From the NCBI GenBank assembly GCA_965140785.1, contig OZ223511.1:17680-81679 (forward strand): a DNA stretch of 64,000 nt. The letters are read 5' to 3'. Position numbers and translations under genes: made by a program. The notes below the pieces were generated by a model, which saw nothing but the letters and a program-made list of their open reading frames with translations, ran no database searches and was not told where the DNA came from. Shown in pieces: positions 20,909-29,494 of the stretch (positions are counted from its first letter, which is position 1; each line of letters begins with the position of its first letter). This DNA comes from an uncultured Ruficoccus sp. Lineage in GTDB: Bacteria > Verrucomicrobiota > Verrucomicrobiia > Opitutales > Cerasicoccaceae.

Positions 20909-21181
20909 ATGGAACAGTGGAATGGTTATCTGATTTTTATCGCGGCGCTGGGATGTGTATTTTTCTTCTCAGCGGTCGGTGCCCTGTACTGGGCGGTCCG
21001 GCACGGCGAGTTTAAAAAACTGGAAAAAACCTCCCGGCAGATCTTCGATGAAGAGGAGCCCGAGGGCGTCCATACTGATTTTTTCCCCGGCGAGGCCGAC
21101 AAGATGCGCCGCAAGCTCGCCCGTGAGCGCAAGCCGCAGCGGAAGACCGCCCCGGCCAAGACCATCAACCCGAAAGCCTGA
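20909..21181 (+). CDS. ccoS: cbb3-type oxidase maturation protein CcoS/FixS-like
   Basis: Short TM then LYWAVRHGEF...IFDEEEP. Confidence 0.75.
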   Translation: MEQWNGYLIFIAALGCVFFFSAVGALYWAVRHGEFKKLEKTSRQIFDEEEPEGVHTDFFPGEADKMRRKLARERKPQRKTAPAKTINPKA

Positions 21182-21195
21182 GCCGGACGAGAGCC

Positions 21196-22692
21196 ATGAG
21201 CCCGTTATTATCCTTTTTCACCTCCATCGACCCCCGGACGCGTACCGGGGTGCCGCTCAAGGTGCAGTTGAGCGAGATCGACCGCGAGATGCGCGTGCCG
21301 GTGGTGCTCTTCATCACCTCGGCCCTCTTGTGGCTGCAGGCCGGGACCGTGTTCGCCCTGATCGCCTCGATCAAGCTGCACAACCCGGAGTTTCTCGGTA
21401 ATGTCGAGTGGCTGACATTCGGGCGCGCCCGCTCGGCTCACCTCAATGCCATGGCCTTCGGCTGGGGCAACAACGCCATCTTCGGCGTTGCTTTGTGGAT
21501 CATGGCCCGGCTGTGCAAGGTCTCGGTCAAGCACGGCGGCCTGCTGGTCGTGGCCGGAGCGTTCTGGAATATCGGCATCACCGCCGGGATTATTGGCATC
21601 CTGACCGGCGGTCTGACCTCGGTCGAGTGGCTGGAAATGCCGATGGAGGTCGCGCCACTGCTGGGAGTTTCGTACGTGCTGGTCGCGGTCTGGGGCGTGA
21701 TTATGTTCCGTTTCCGCGCCATGGGGCATGTGTATGTTTCCCAGTGGTACATCCTCGGTGCGCTGTTTTGGTTTCCGTGGTTGTACGTCATTGCCCAGAC
21801 GATGATTTTGTGGATTCCGGCGCGGGGGACCGTGCAGGCTATCACCAACTGGTGGTTCGGGCACAACGTGCTGGGTTTGTGGCTGACGCCGATGGGGCTG
21901 GGCGCGATCTATTACTTTCTGCCCAAGGTGCTGGGCCGGCCCATTCACAGCTACTACCTGTCGGTGCTCGGCTTCTGGTCGCTGGCTCTGTTCTACAACT
22001 GGGCGGGTGTCCACCACCTGATTGGCGGCCCGATTCCGGTTTGGCTGATCTCGGCCGCGATCGTCGGCAGTGTGATGATGGTCATTCCGGTCGTCGTTAC
22101 CGCGATCAATCATCACATGACCGCAGCGGGTAACTGGCGGGCGGTGTGGTGTAGCCCGACGCTGCGCTTTATCGTGTTCGGCGGCATGTCCTACACGCTG
22201 GCCTCGCTGGCCGGTTCGGCCATGGCCCTGCGCGACATCAACGTTATCACGCACTTCACGCAGTTCACCGTGGGCCACGCCCACCACGGCGTGTACGCCT
22301 TTTTCACCATGACGATGTTCGGCGGCATTTACTTCATGATGCCGCGCATCCTCAACCGCGAATGGCCCTCGGCGGCGCTGATCCGCACGCACTTCTGGTG
22401 CGCGGCCATCGGTGTGACCATCATGATGATCGCCCTGCACGGCGGTGGCTGGATCCAGGGCAAGATGATGATCGCCCTCGACGCCGACGGGAACCCCAAG
22501 TACGCCTTTTTGGAAATCGTGAACATGCTCGTTCCCTGGCTGTTCTCGCGCTCGATCTCGGGCATGCTGCTGGCCGTCGGCCATCTGGCCTTCCTCGTGA
22601 ACTTCGTCTGGATGCTGGCCGGTCGCCGCTCCGCCGCCGCTCAGGAGGGACCGACGCTCCTGCTCAAGGAGAATGAGGAGGACGTGCGCTAA
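21196..22692 (+). CDS. ccoN: cbb3-type cytochrome c oxidase catalytic subunit I
   Basis: TFGRARSAHLN, WWFGHNVLG, YNWAGVHHL and GHAHHG metal-ligand motifs; multiple TM helices. Confidence 0.92.
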   Translation: MSPLLSFFTSIDPRTRTGVPLKVQLSEIDREMRVPVVLFITSALLWLQAGTVFALIASIKLHNPEFLGNVEWLTFGRARSAHLNAMAFGWGNNAIFGVALWIMARLCKVSVKHGGLLVVAGAFWNIGITAGIIGILTGGLTSVEWLEMPMEVAPLLGVSYVLVAVWGVIMFRFRAMGHVYVSQWYILGALFWFPWLYVIAQTMILWIPARGTVQAITNWWFGHNVLGLWLTPMGLGAIYYFLPKVLGRPIHSYYLSVLGFWSLALFYNWAGVHHLIGGPIPVWLISAAIVGSVMMVIPVVVTAINHHMTAAGNWRAVWCSPTLRFIVFGGMSYTLASLAGSAMALRDINVITHFTQFTVGHAHHGVYAFFTMTMFGGIYFMMPRILNREWPSAALIRTHFWCAAIGVTIMMIALHGGGWIQGKMMIALDADGNPKYAFLEIVNMLVPWLFSRSISGMLLAVGHLAFLVNFVWMLAGRRSAAAQEGPTLLLKENEEDVR

Positions 22693-23422
22693 TGAAAAAT
22701 CTCCCCCTGTTATTTCTCGGGATCTTTTTCTGCCTGGCCTTTTCCTTCAGCGGACTGATTCTGAGCAGCCTGATTCAGTACGGGCACCTGGAGCCCGTGA
22801 CCGAGTTCGTCAACCATCCCGGCACCGGCGAGCAGATTCCCGGCGCGTTTATCGAGATCGATACCAACGGTGATGGCGAGAAGGATACCCTCGTCCAAGG
22901 CGTCAACCAGCCCGACGAGCAGACCTTTCCGATTTCCCCGTGGGCATGGCCCAGCAGGGCAAGGAAATTTATACGAGCATGGGCTGCCTGTACTGCCACT
23001 CCCAGCAGGTGCGCCGCAAGGGCTTCGGCGCGGACTTCGAGCGAGGCTGGGGCGACCGCCAGACTGTGCCCCGCGACTACATCCTGCAAAAGCGCGTCCT
23101 GCTCGGGACCAGCCGCACCGGCCCGGACCTGATGTCGATCGGCATGCGTCAGCCCAGCGCCGAGTGGCACTACCTGCACCTTTACAACCCGCAGTTTACC
23201 TCGCCCGGCTCGATCATGCCGCCTTTCCGTTTCCTTTTCGAGACGCGCAAGGTCGGCGACACGCCTTCGCCGGACGCACTGAAGATACCCGACGAGTTTC
23301 CCGATGAACAACCGCCGCCCGGCTACGAGATCGTGCCCACCGAGCGTGGCCGTGAACTCGTCGCCTACCTGTTGAGCCTCAAGCTCGACTACGAACTGCC
23401 CGAATCCCGCTTCTCCCAATAG
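22692..23422 (+). CDS. ccoO: cbb3-type oxidase monoheme subunit II, split by one frameshift at the C4 run 22936-22939
   Basis: N-terminal TM in ORF 22692; [19 protein letters not shown] and GSIMPPF in ORF 22940; adding one C restores [13 protein letters not shown]. Confidence 0.88.
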
Positions 23423-23428
23423 CCCTCG

Positions 23429-24133
23429 ATGAGTGATCTGGATAAACCTTCCTCCCATCCCGATGACCCGGTTCCTCCGACCGGGCACGAGCAGCATGAG
23501 GCGGCCGCTTATGGAGACGAGCACATGGTCGAGATCCACAAGCAGCTTGAGCGCGAGAAAGGCGAGCCGGACGAAGGCTTTACGCCGATCCCGCTGGTGC
23601 TGATGGTGTTTTTTGGCCTGCTGTTTTTCTGGGCCGGGAGCTACTTTAACAAGTACAACGGCGACTTTCGCCCCGACGTGTACGACCCGAACTGGACACC
23701 CGGCGGCGGCGGTGGCCAGGAGGAAGTGGCCTTCGATCCGATCAAGCGCGGCGACCGTCTGTTTCGCAACAATTGCGCGGCCTGCCACCAGGCCGACGGC
23801 CAGGGCGTGCCCGGCGCCTTCCCGCCGCTGGATGGCTCCCCCTGGGTAGTCGGTGCTCCCGAGCGTTTTGTGAAAATCGTCATGCGCGGCCTCCAAGGAG
23901 CGGTCGATGTGAAGGGCAACACCTTTAACGGCAACATGCCCTCCTACGGGGAGAATGGTCTGGACTGGAGCGACCAGGATATCTCCGCTATCACCACCTA
24001 CGTGCGCCAGAACTGGAGCAATGAGGCCCCGCCCATCCCTGAAGAAACGGTAGCCGAAGTCCGCGCCTCCATCGCCGACAAGTCCGGAGCCTGGACCGCT
24101 CCCGAGCTGCTCGAAATGCACCCCATGCAATAG
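23429..24133 (+). CDS. Membrane-anchored monoheme class I cytochrome c (ccoP position)
   Basis: One TM helix, single CAACHQADGQGVPGAFPPL, axial Met in NGNMPS, TYVRQNWSN. Confidence 0.85.
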   Translation: MSDLDKPSSHPDDPVPPTGHEQHEAAAYGDEHMVEIHKQLEREKGEPDEGFTPIPLVLMVFFGLLFFWAGSYFNKYNGDFRPDVYDPNWTPGGGGGQEEVAFDPIKRGDRLFRNNCAACHQADGQGVPGAFPPLDGSPWVVGAPERFVKIVMRGLQGAVDVKGNTFNGNMPSYGENGLDWSDQDISAITTYVRQNWSNEAPPIPEETVAEVRASIADKSGAWTAPELLEMHPMQ

Positions 24134-24172
24134 CAGGGCATGCCCTGGACCCTCGGTGCTGCGCACCGCAAT

Positions 24173-24217
24173 GGGGCTCTGCCCCATCGGAACCAGAAAG
24201 GCTCCTGCCCCGGAATT
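24173..24217 (+). repeat. 45-bp double-hairpin element, copy 2
   Basis: GGGGCTCTGCCCCATCGGAACCAGAAAGGCTCCTGCCCCGGAATT. Confidence 0.8.
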
Positions 24218-24251
24218 CTGGGCGGTGTCTTTTAAATCCCGGTACAGGCCC

Positions 24252-24346
24252 TAACCTCTAAGGGGTTATGTTATTCAGCCGCGGGTTGCCTCGGCTACCC
24301 GGGGAAACGGTTTGGAGGATGGAGTTTTTTTACCCCGAAAGGGTTA
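24252..24346. repeat. REP-like three-hairpin element (AACCCC...GGGGTT type)
   Basis: TAACCTCTAAGGGGTTA; CCGCGGGTTGCCTCGGCTACCCGGGG; TACCCCGAAAGGGTTA. Confidence 0.5.
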
Positions 24347-24441
24347 CGCTCAGCCGTCACTCATCGCTGCGATTTTGGAGATTCTTATTCCCGCGTTCGG
24401 CTGCGCGTGACTTTGCGGGCGCAAGCATTATAACGAGTCCC

Positions 24442-25245
24442 ATGCCGGAATTGGCCGAAGTCGAGTACTACCGCAAGCGCTGGAACCCCGGACTGGGTAA
24501 GCCGGTTCAGGCCGTGCGCCTGCATGCGCGGGCGCGTGTCTTTCGCGAGTGTGACACCGAGGCACTGGCTCATGTGCTGCGTGGGGCGGTGCTGGAGCGT
24601 TCACTGGCGCGGGGCAAGCAGATGCTCTTCGGCTTCAGTGGTGGTGGCTGGCTCGGTATCCACCTGGGCATGACAGGCAAGCTGTTTTGCGAGCCTGTCC
24701 CCTATGCGCCCGACCGGCACGACCATCTCGTGCTGGAGCAGGCGAAGCAGGTGCTGGTTTTCAACGACCCGCGCTTGTTCGGGCGGGTGCGTTTCGATAT
24801 CGGCGGGGAGCCACCGGCGTGGTGGCGGGAATTCCCGCCGGATTTGCTTTCGGAGGATTTTACGGGGGCGGCGATGCGTGCGTTTTTGGAGCGCCGCAAG
24901 CGTTCTCCGCTCAAGGCCGTGCTGCTTATCCAGGAGCGCTTTCCGGGCATCGGCAACTGGATGGCAGATGAAATCCTCTGGCGGGCGGCCCTGCATCCGG
25001 CCACCCCGGCGGGTTCGCTGACGACCCGGCAGATGAACCGCCTCTATAAAACCGTGCGCGAGGTGTGCGCGGAGGCGCTTGAGGTGATCGGGACGGACTG
25101 GTCCGACCCGCCGCAGAGCTGGCTGTTCCCGCATCGTTGGGAAGACGGTGGACGCTGCCCCAAGACCGGCCAGCCCCTGGTGCGCGAGACGATCGGGGGC
25201 CGCACGACCTGCTACAGCCCCGCTCGACAGAAGCTGCCGTCTTGA
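24442..25245 (+). CDS. Fpg/Nei-family DNA glycosylase/AP lyase
   Basis: MPELAEVE N-terminus, HLGMTG, DPRLFG and H2TH GIGNWMADEILW motifs; no four-Cys zinc finger. Confidence 0.92.
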   Translation: MPELAEVEYYRKRWNPGLGKPVQAVRLHARARVFRECDTEALAHVLRGAVLERSLARGKQMLFGFSGGGWLGIHLGMTGKLFCEPVPYAPDRHDHLVLEQAKQVLVFNDPRLFGRVRFDIGGEPPAWWREFPPDLLSEDFTGAAMRAFLERRKRSPLKAVLLIQERFPGIGNWMADEILWRAALHPATPAGSLTTRQMNRLYKTVREVCAEALEVIGTDWSDPPQSWLFPHRWEDGGRCPKTGQPLVRETIGGRTTCYSPARQKLPS

Positions 25246-25368
25246 GCGTTATCGATGCGGGCACAGTTCGGTTAATGAGCCCCGCCACCGTTACTTTTAC
25301 CTGCCAGAAAGCACGCCGGGGCGGTCTTTGCGCTTGTGGGCAGGCCAGCGAAATCTTTCCATAGAGCG

Positions 25369-26028
25369 ATGCTCAAGGTAGTTCAATGCTGGGACGACGG
25401 TGTGCACGACGACATCGCGCTGATCGAGATTTTGCGCAAATACGGGGCGAAGGCTTCCTTCAACCTCAACCCCGCGCTCTACAAGGACGAGCGCACCGGA
25501 TGGCACAACGATAACCTGAACAAGGATATTTCTCGCCTGGCGCAGTCGGAACTGAAGGACGTGTACGCGGGCTGGACCGTCGCCAACCACTCCATGAGTC
25601 ACCACTGGCCGCTGAAGATTCCCCTGGAGCAGTGGCGACTGGAGGTCGTGGACGCGCGCAAGTGGTTGCAGGATTTCTTCCAGCAGCCGGTGCTGGGTTT
25701 TGCCTATCCTTTCGGAAGCTTCGATGACGCCACGGCGCAGGTGCTGCGCGAGGCCGGCCATGTCTATGGCCGCACGACCCAAAAGTCCACCCCTTGCCTA
25801 CCGGTGGCGGACCCGATGCAGTTTCACCCGGACTGCCACTTCCTCGACGAGAAATTCTGGGAAAGGTATGAACAGGCCAAGCAGTCGGAGGCCGGTGTGT
25901 TTTATTTTTGGGGCCACAGCTACGAGCTGCACACCCCGGAGCGTTGGGAGAACTTCGAAGCCTGTATCCAGAAAATCGCTACAGACCCTCAGGCCGAGTG
26001 GGCAGAGTTGCCGGAGTTGTTCGCCTGA
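25369..26028 (+). CDS. Polysaccharide deacetylase (NodB-like) family protein
   Basis: WDDG, NHSMSH, FAYPFG and WGHSYE motifs. Confidence 0.85.
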   Translation: MLKVVQCWDDGVHDDIALIEILRKYGAKASFNLNPALYKDERTGWHNDNLNKDISRLAQSELKDVYAGWTVANHSMSHHWPLKIPLEQWRLEVVDARKWLQDFFQQPVLGFAYPFGSFDDATAQVLREAGHVYGRTTQKSTPCLPVADPMQFHPDCHFLDEKFWERYEQAKQSEAGVFYFWGHSYELHTPERWENFEACIQKIATDPQAEWAELPELFA

Positions 26029-26035
26029 GCGGCCC

Positions 26036-27277
26036 TTACTTATACAGCCAGTAGTTGCTGCTCCAGCGCTGAAACTCCTGGGAAAGGGCCTCCCACTCAT
26101 CGACGAATTTGTCCACGCGGGCGCGACTGCCGCGGGTGGAGATTTCGTTCCACCAGGCCTCAGAGCCGACGTGAATTTTGTAGAGGCGTTGCTGGGCGGG
26201 GGAGGCCTCGGCGAAGGGGTTGTCGCCGGACCAGTCGCAGGCCAGACGCATCATCTGAAAGCTGATTTCGGTGGGGCGGAGCTTGTTCCAGTCGGTCACG
26301 ACGACGTAGGCACCGGGGCGCTTGCCCTCGGGCATGAGCTGGAACCGCAGGCCGGGCAGGGCGAGGGAGTTGAGGGTGCGGGCGACCAGTACGGGGTCTT
26401 TTTTGTAATAGTTGAGCAGGCGAAAGGGGTAGCCCTCGCCGTAACCGTGGCGGAAGCCGCCGAGTTGGCAGCCGAGGCCGGTCATGGCGTAGCCCACGGC
26501 GGCGGAAAAATCCGGAATGGCGGGCGAAGTCGGCACCCAGCGCAGGCCGGTATTGGGCCAGAGCATGCTGCGGCGCCAGCCCTTCATGGGGACGACGTAG
26601 AGCTTTCCATTTTTCTGCACCTCCTCGTCCACGTCCATCCAGCCGGGAATGTTTTTGGCCATGAGGGCGAGTTCGCCGATGGTGAGTCCGTGCACGTAGG
26701 GCACGCGGAAGGAGCCGACGTAGGACATTAGGTGCTTGTCCAGCGGGGGGCCGTCGACCTTGAGGCCGCCGAGGGGGTTGGGCCGGTCGAGGACCATGAC
26801 CGGGATGCCCTGCTCGAAGCACGCCTCCATGGCCAGGCGCATGGCGCTGACGTAGGTGTAGCTGCGCACCCCGATATCCTGCAGGTCCACCACGAGGATA
26901 TCGATGCCGCGAAGCATCTCGGGCGTGGGCTTACGGGTGGGGCCGTAGAGCGAGTAAACGGGCACGCCGGTCTCGGGGTGGGTGGTGCTGGGCACGTATT
27001 CCTCGGCCTTGGCCTTGCCGTCGATCCCGTGCTCGGGGCCATAGAGGGCGGTCAGGTTGACGTTGGGGTGGTCGTAAAGGACTTTCCAGGTCGGCACGCC
27101 GCGGCTGTCGATGCCGGCGCCGTGGGTCAGCAGCCCCACGCGCAGTCCTTGCAGGGCCTCGAAGTTCTGTGCCTCCAGTACGTCGATCCCGAGCATGACC
27201 CGGGGGGCGGCCTGGGCGGAGATCATGCCCAAGAGCAGGACGAGCAAGAGGGCGGCGGCTTGGAAAAATCTAATCAT
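26036..27277 (-). CDS. namZ: Exo-beta-N-acetylmuramidase NamZ / DUF1343 family, secreted
   Basis: Signal peptide; YGPEHG, SLYG, DLQDIGVRSYTY, DRPNP and HGLTIGE motifs. Confidence 0.85.
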   Translation of the reverse strand: MIRFFQAAALLLVLLLGMISAQAAPRVMLGIDVLEAQNFEALQGLRVGLLTHGAGIDSRGVPTWKVLYDHPNVNLTALYGPEHGIDGKAKAEEYVPSTTHPETGVPVYSLYGPTRKPTPEMLRGIDILVVDLQDIGVRSYTYVSAMRLAMEACFEQGIPVMVLDRPNPLGGLKVDGPPLDKHLMSYVGSFRVPYVHGLTIGELALMAKNIPGWMDVDEEVQKNGKLYVVPMKGWRRSMLWPNTGLRWVPTSPAIPDFSAAVGYAMTGLGCQLGGFRHGYGEGYPFRLLNYYKKDPVLVARTLNSLALPGLRFQLMPEGKRPGAYVVVTDWNKLRPTEISFQMMRLACDWSGDNPFAEASPAQQRLYKIHVGSEAWWNEISTRGSRARVDKFVDEWEALSQEFQRWSSNYWLYK

Positions 27278-28037
27278 CCTTGCGGGTGGTTTCCTGGGGG
27301 TCGTCTTTGTCGCCGCCTTTACCGGGCAGGTGGATTTTCAGTTTCGCCTGTCGGGCAAACTCCTCGAACTGGAGCTGGATGGCGCGACCGCTACGCTCGT
27401 AGTAACGAGCCATGAGCTGATAGGTCAGGCTGATGATGAAGCCGATCAGGATGCCGAGGATGGTGCCGCCAACGATGGTGGCCTTGAGCGCGAGCGCGAC
27501 CAGGGCGTGTCCGCTCATGCCGGTACTCTGCACGAGCGAGGCCATGGTGGCATGCGGGGCATTTGCCCCAATGAGCCCGGTAACCATCTCCTTCAGGTGT
27601 GAGGCGATGTTGGCGGAAAAGTCCCAGACCGAACCGCCCGGGATATCGATCCCGATCATATAGAGTACCTCCAGCCCGATGAAGCAGGCCGCCGTGTAGA
27701 GGGGGACGAAGGTGACCGGATTGGTGATGAACTGGGTGGCGACCATGATCATCAGGTTGCCGCGGATGAGCAGGGCGAGGGCGAAGGCGCAGGGGATCTG
27801 GATGCCGTAGATGGGCATCATCGAAAGGATGCAGCCGACATAGATGGCGGGCAGGATGTGCTGGCGGCGAAACGACCACAGGTAGGAGCGCTTGCGGGCC
27901 GTCTGGGAAAACCACTTCAGGAAAGGGTAGCGGTGGACGGTGGCACGGCGGGGCAGCGGGCGCAGCAGTCGCTTCACCCGGCGGATGCGCTCATGCACCT
28001 TGCGCTTGAGCTCTTCGTGCCGCTCGTCCGTAGTCAT
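27270..28037 (-). CDS. DUF2062-family membrane protein
   Basis: LWSFRR...PIYGIQ...ITNPVT.VPLY pattern. Confidence 0.8.
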   Translation of the reverse strand: MTTDERHEELKRKVHERIRRVKRLLRPLPRRATVHRYPFLKWFSQTARKRSYLWSFRRQHILPAIYVGCILSMMPIYGIQIPCAFALALLIRGNLMIMVATQFITNPVTFVPLYTAACFIGLEVLYMIGIDIPGGSVWDFSANIASHLKEMVTGLIGANAPHATMASLVQSTGMSGHALVALALKATIVGGTILGILIGFIISLTYQLMARYYERSGRAIQLQFEEFARQAKLKIHLPGKGGDKDDPQETTRKDD

Positions 28038-28050
28038 GGCCGGAAGGATC

Positions 28051-29208
28051 TTACTTGGAAAACACTTCGACCAGCTTGCGCGTCAGAAGTTTCTTCCCCT
28101 CGGAGATCGAGCGTTCCTTGGTGTAGCCGGTCGGTGCCATGACATCGGCGGTGGTCTTGGGGGGCAGGTCGAGCTTGCTCTCGACCAGCCCGGCCACGAC
28201 CTTGGCGTGCTTGTGTTGCCGGGCGGCCTCGCGCAGGATGGAGCCCGGCCCCTTGCCCTGGAGCGAGCTGCGGTCAAATTTCCCTTCCCCGGTGATCACG
28301 AGGTCGGCGGCGGCGACTTTTTCCTTCAACTGGAGCCAGGACTCGACCAGGTCGAAGCCCTTGACCATGCGCGCGTCGCAGGCGGCCTGCAGGCCGAAGC
28401 CGATCCCGCCGGCGGCTCCGGCGCCGGGGCTGCTCATGAGGGAGGCGGATTTTTCAAAAAAGTCGCACAGGCGCTTACCCATGGTGCCGACGGCTTTCTC
28501 CAAGGTGGAGAAGTCCTCATAGACCATGCCCTTTTGCGGGCCATAGGTGGCGGTGGCTCCGTTCGCGCCGAGCAGGGGGTTGTCCACGTCGCAGGCGATA
28601 TTGATGCGGGGGATGTGGGACCAGATTTCACCGTCGAGGCGCGAGACGCGGCTCCAGTCGCGCGGGGTGGCGTGGTCGATGAGCTGGCCGTCATCGTCCA
28701 GGAGTTGGAGGCCAACGGCCTCCAGAGCACCGAGGCCGACATCGTTAGTGGCGCTGCCGCCGATGCCCAGCAGGATCTCCATCGCTCCGGCATCGGCCGC
28801 CTCGGCGATGAGCTGGCCGGTCCCATAGGAAGAGGCGATCCAGGGGTCGCGTTTGTCGGGGGGGACGGACTGCAGGCCGCTGGCCTGGGCCATCTCGATG
28901 ACCGCCAGGGTGCCCTCGGAGGGCAGGTGAAGAATCTCCCGCACGCGGCTGCCCAGCCGGTCGATTTCGACGTAGCCGATCTGTGAGGTCTGCGGGTCGA
29001 GCTGAGGGCCGAGGACAGGGACGCGCTCAATGCTGCCGTAGGCCGAACGGGTCAGGATTTCGCAAAAACCTTCGCCCCCGTCGGTGAGGGGAGCGATCGT
29101 GACCTGCCAGTTTGGATGAAGCTTGAGAATGACTTCCTGGGCTATTTGACAAGCCTCCGGTGCCGTCATGCAGTCTTTGAATTTGTCGAAGGCGATCAGG
29201 ATATGCAT
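28051..29208 (-). CDS. glxK: Glycerate kinase (GlxK/GarK family)
   Basis: DKFKD, LTDGGEG, GIGGSATND, GAGAAGG and ITGEG motifs. Confidence 0.92.
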   Translation of the reverse strand: MHILIAFDKFKDCMTAPEACQIAQEVILKLHPNWQVTIAPLTDGGEGFCEILTRSAYGSIERVPVLGPQLDPQTSQIGYVEIDRLGSRVREILHLPSEGTLAVIEMAQASGLQSVPPDKRDPWIASSYGTGQLIAEAADAGAMEILLGIGGSATNDVGLGALEAVGLQLLDDDGQLIDHATPRDWSRVSRLDGEIWSHIPRINIACDVDNPLLGANGATATYGPQKGMVYEDFSTLEKAVGTMGKRLCDFFEKSASLMSSPGAGAAGGIGFGLQAACDARMVKGFDLVESWLQLKEKVAAADLVITGEGKFDRSSLQGKGPGSILREAARQHKHAKVVAGLVESKLDLPPKTTADVMAPTGYTKERSISEGKKLLTRKLVEVFSK

Positions 29209-29383
29209 CAGGAGAAAGGATCGGATTTTCTCTACAGTCCTATTAGCGGGTCAGTAGGGGGAAGAGGTCAAACCGAAACGGGATTCCGGGCCGCGTTTTA
29301 CGAATAAACGGGTGCCCCTGACCCGGCGTGTGCCGGGCGCATCGTCTCATCCGGCTTCTTTCATATTAGAGATTATCTTTCAG

Positions 29384-29447
29384 CCACGGATGAAACGCGG
29401 AGAGATTTCACGGAGAAGAAATCTGTGCCCATCTGTGAAATCTGTGG
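29384..29447. repeat. CACGGAT/CACAGAT-type inverted tandem repeat
   Basis: CCACGGATGAAACGCGGA ... ATCTGTGCCCATCTGTGAAATCTGTGG. Confidence 0.7.
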
Positions 29448-29494
29448 ATAAAAACAAGCCTCATGTCTCATGAGATAAGGTATTAGTGGGTGCC

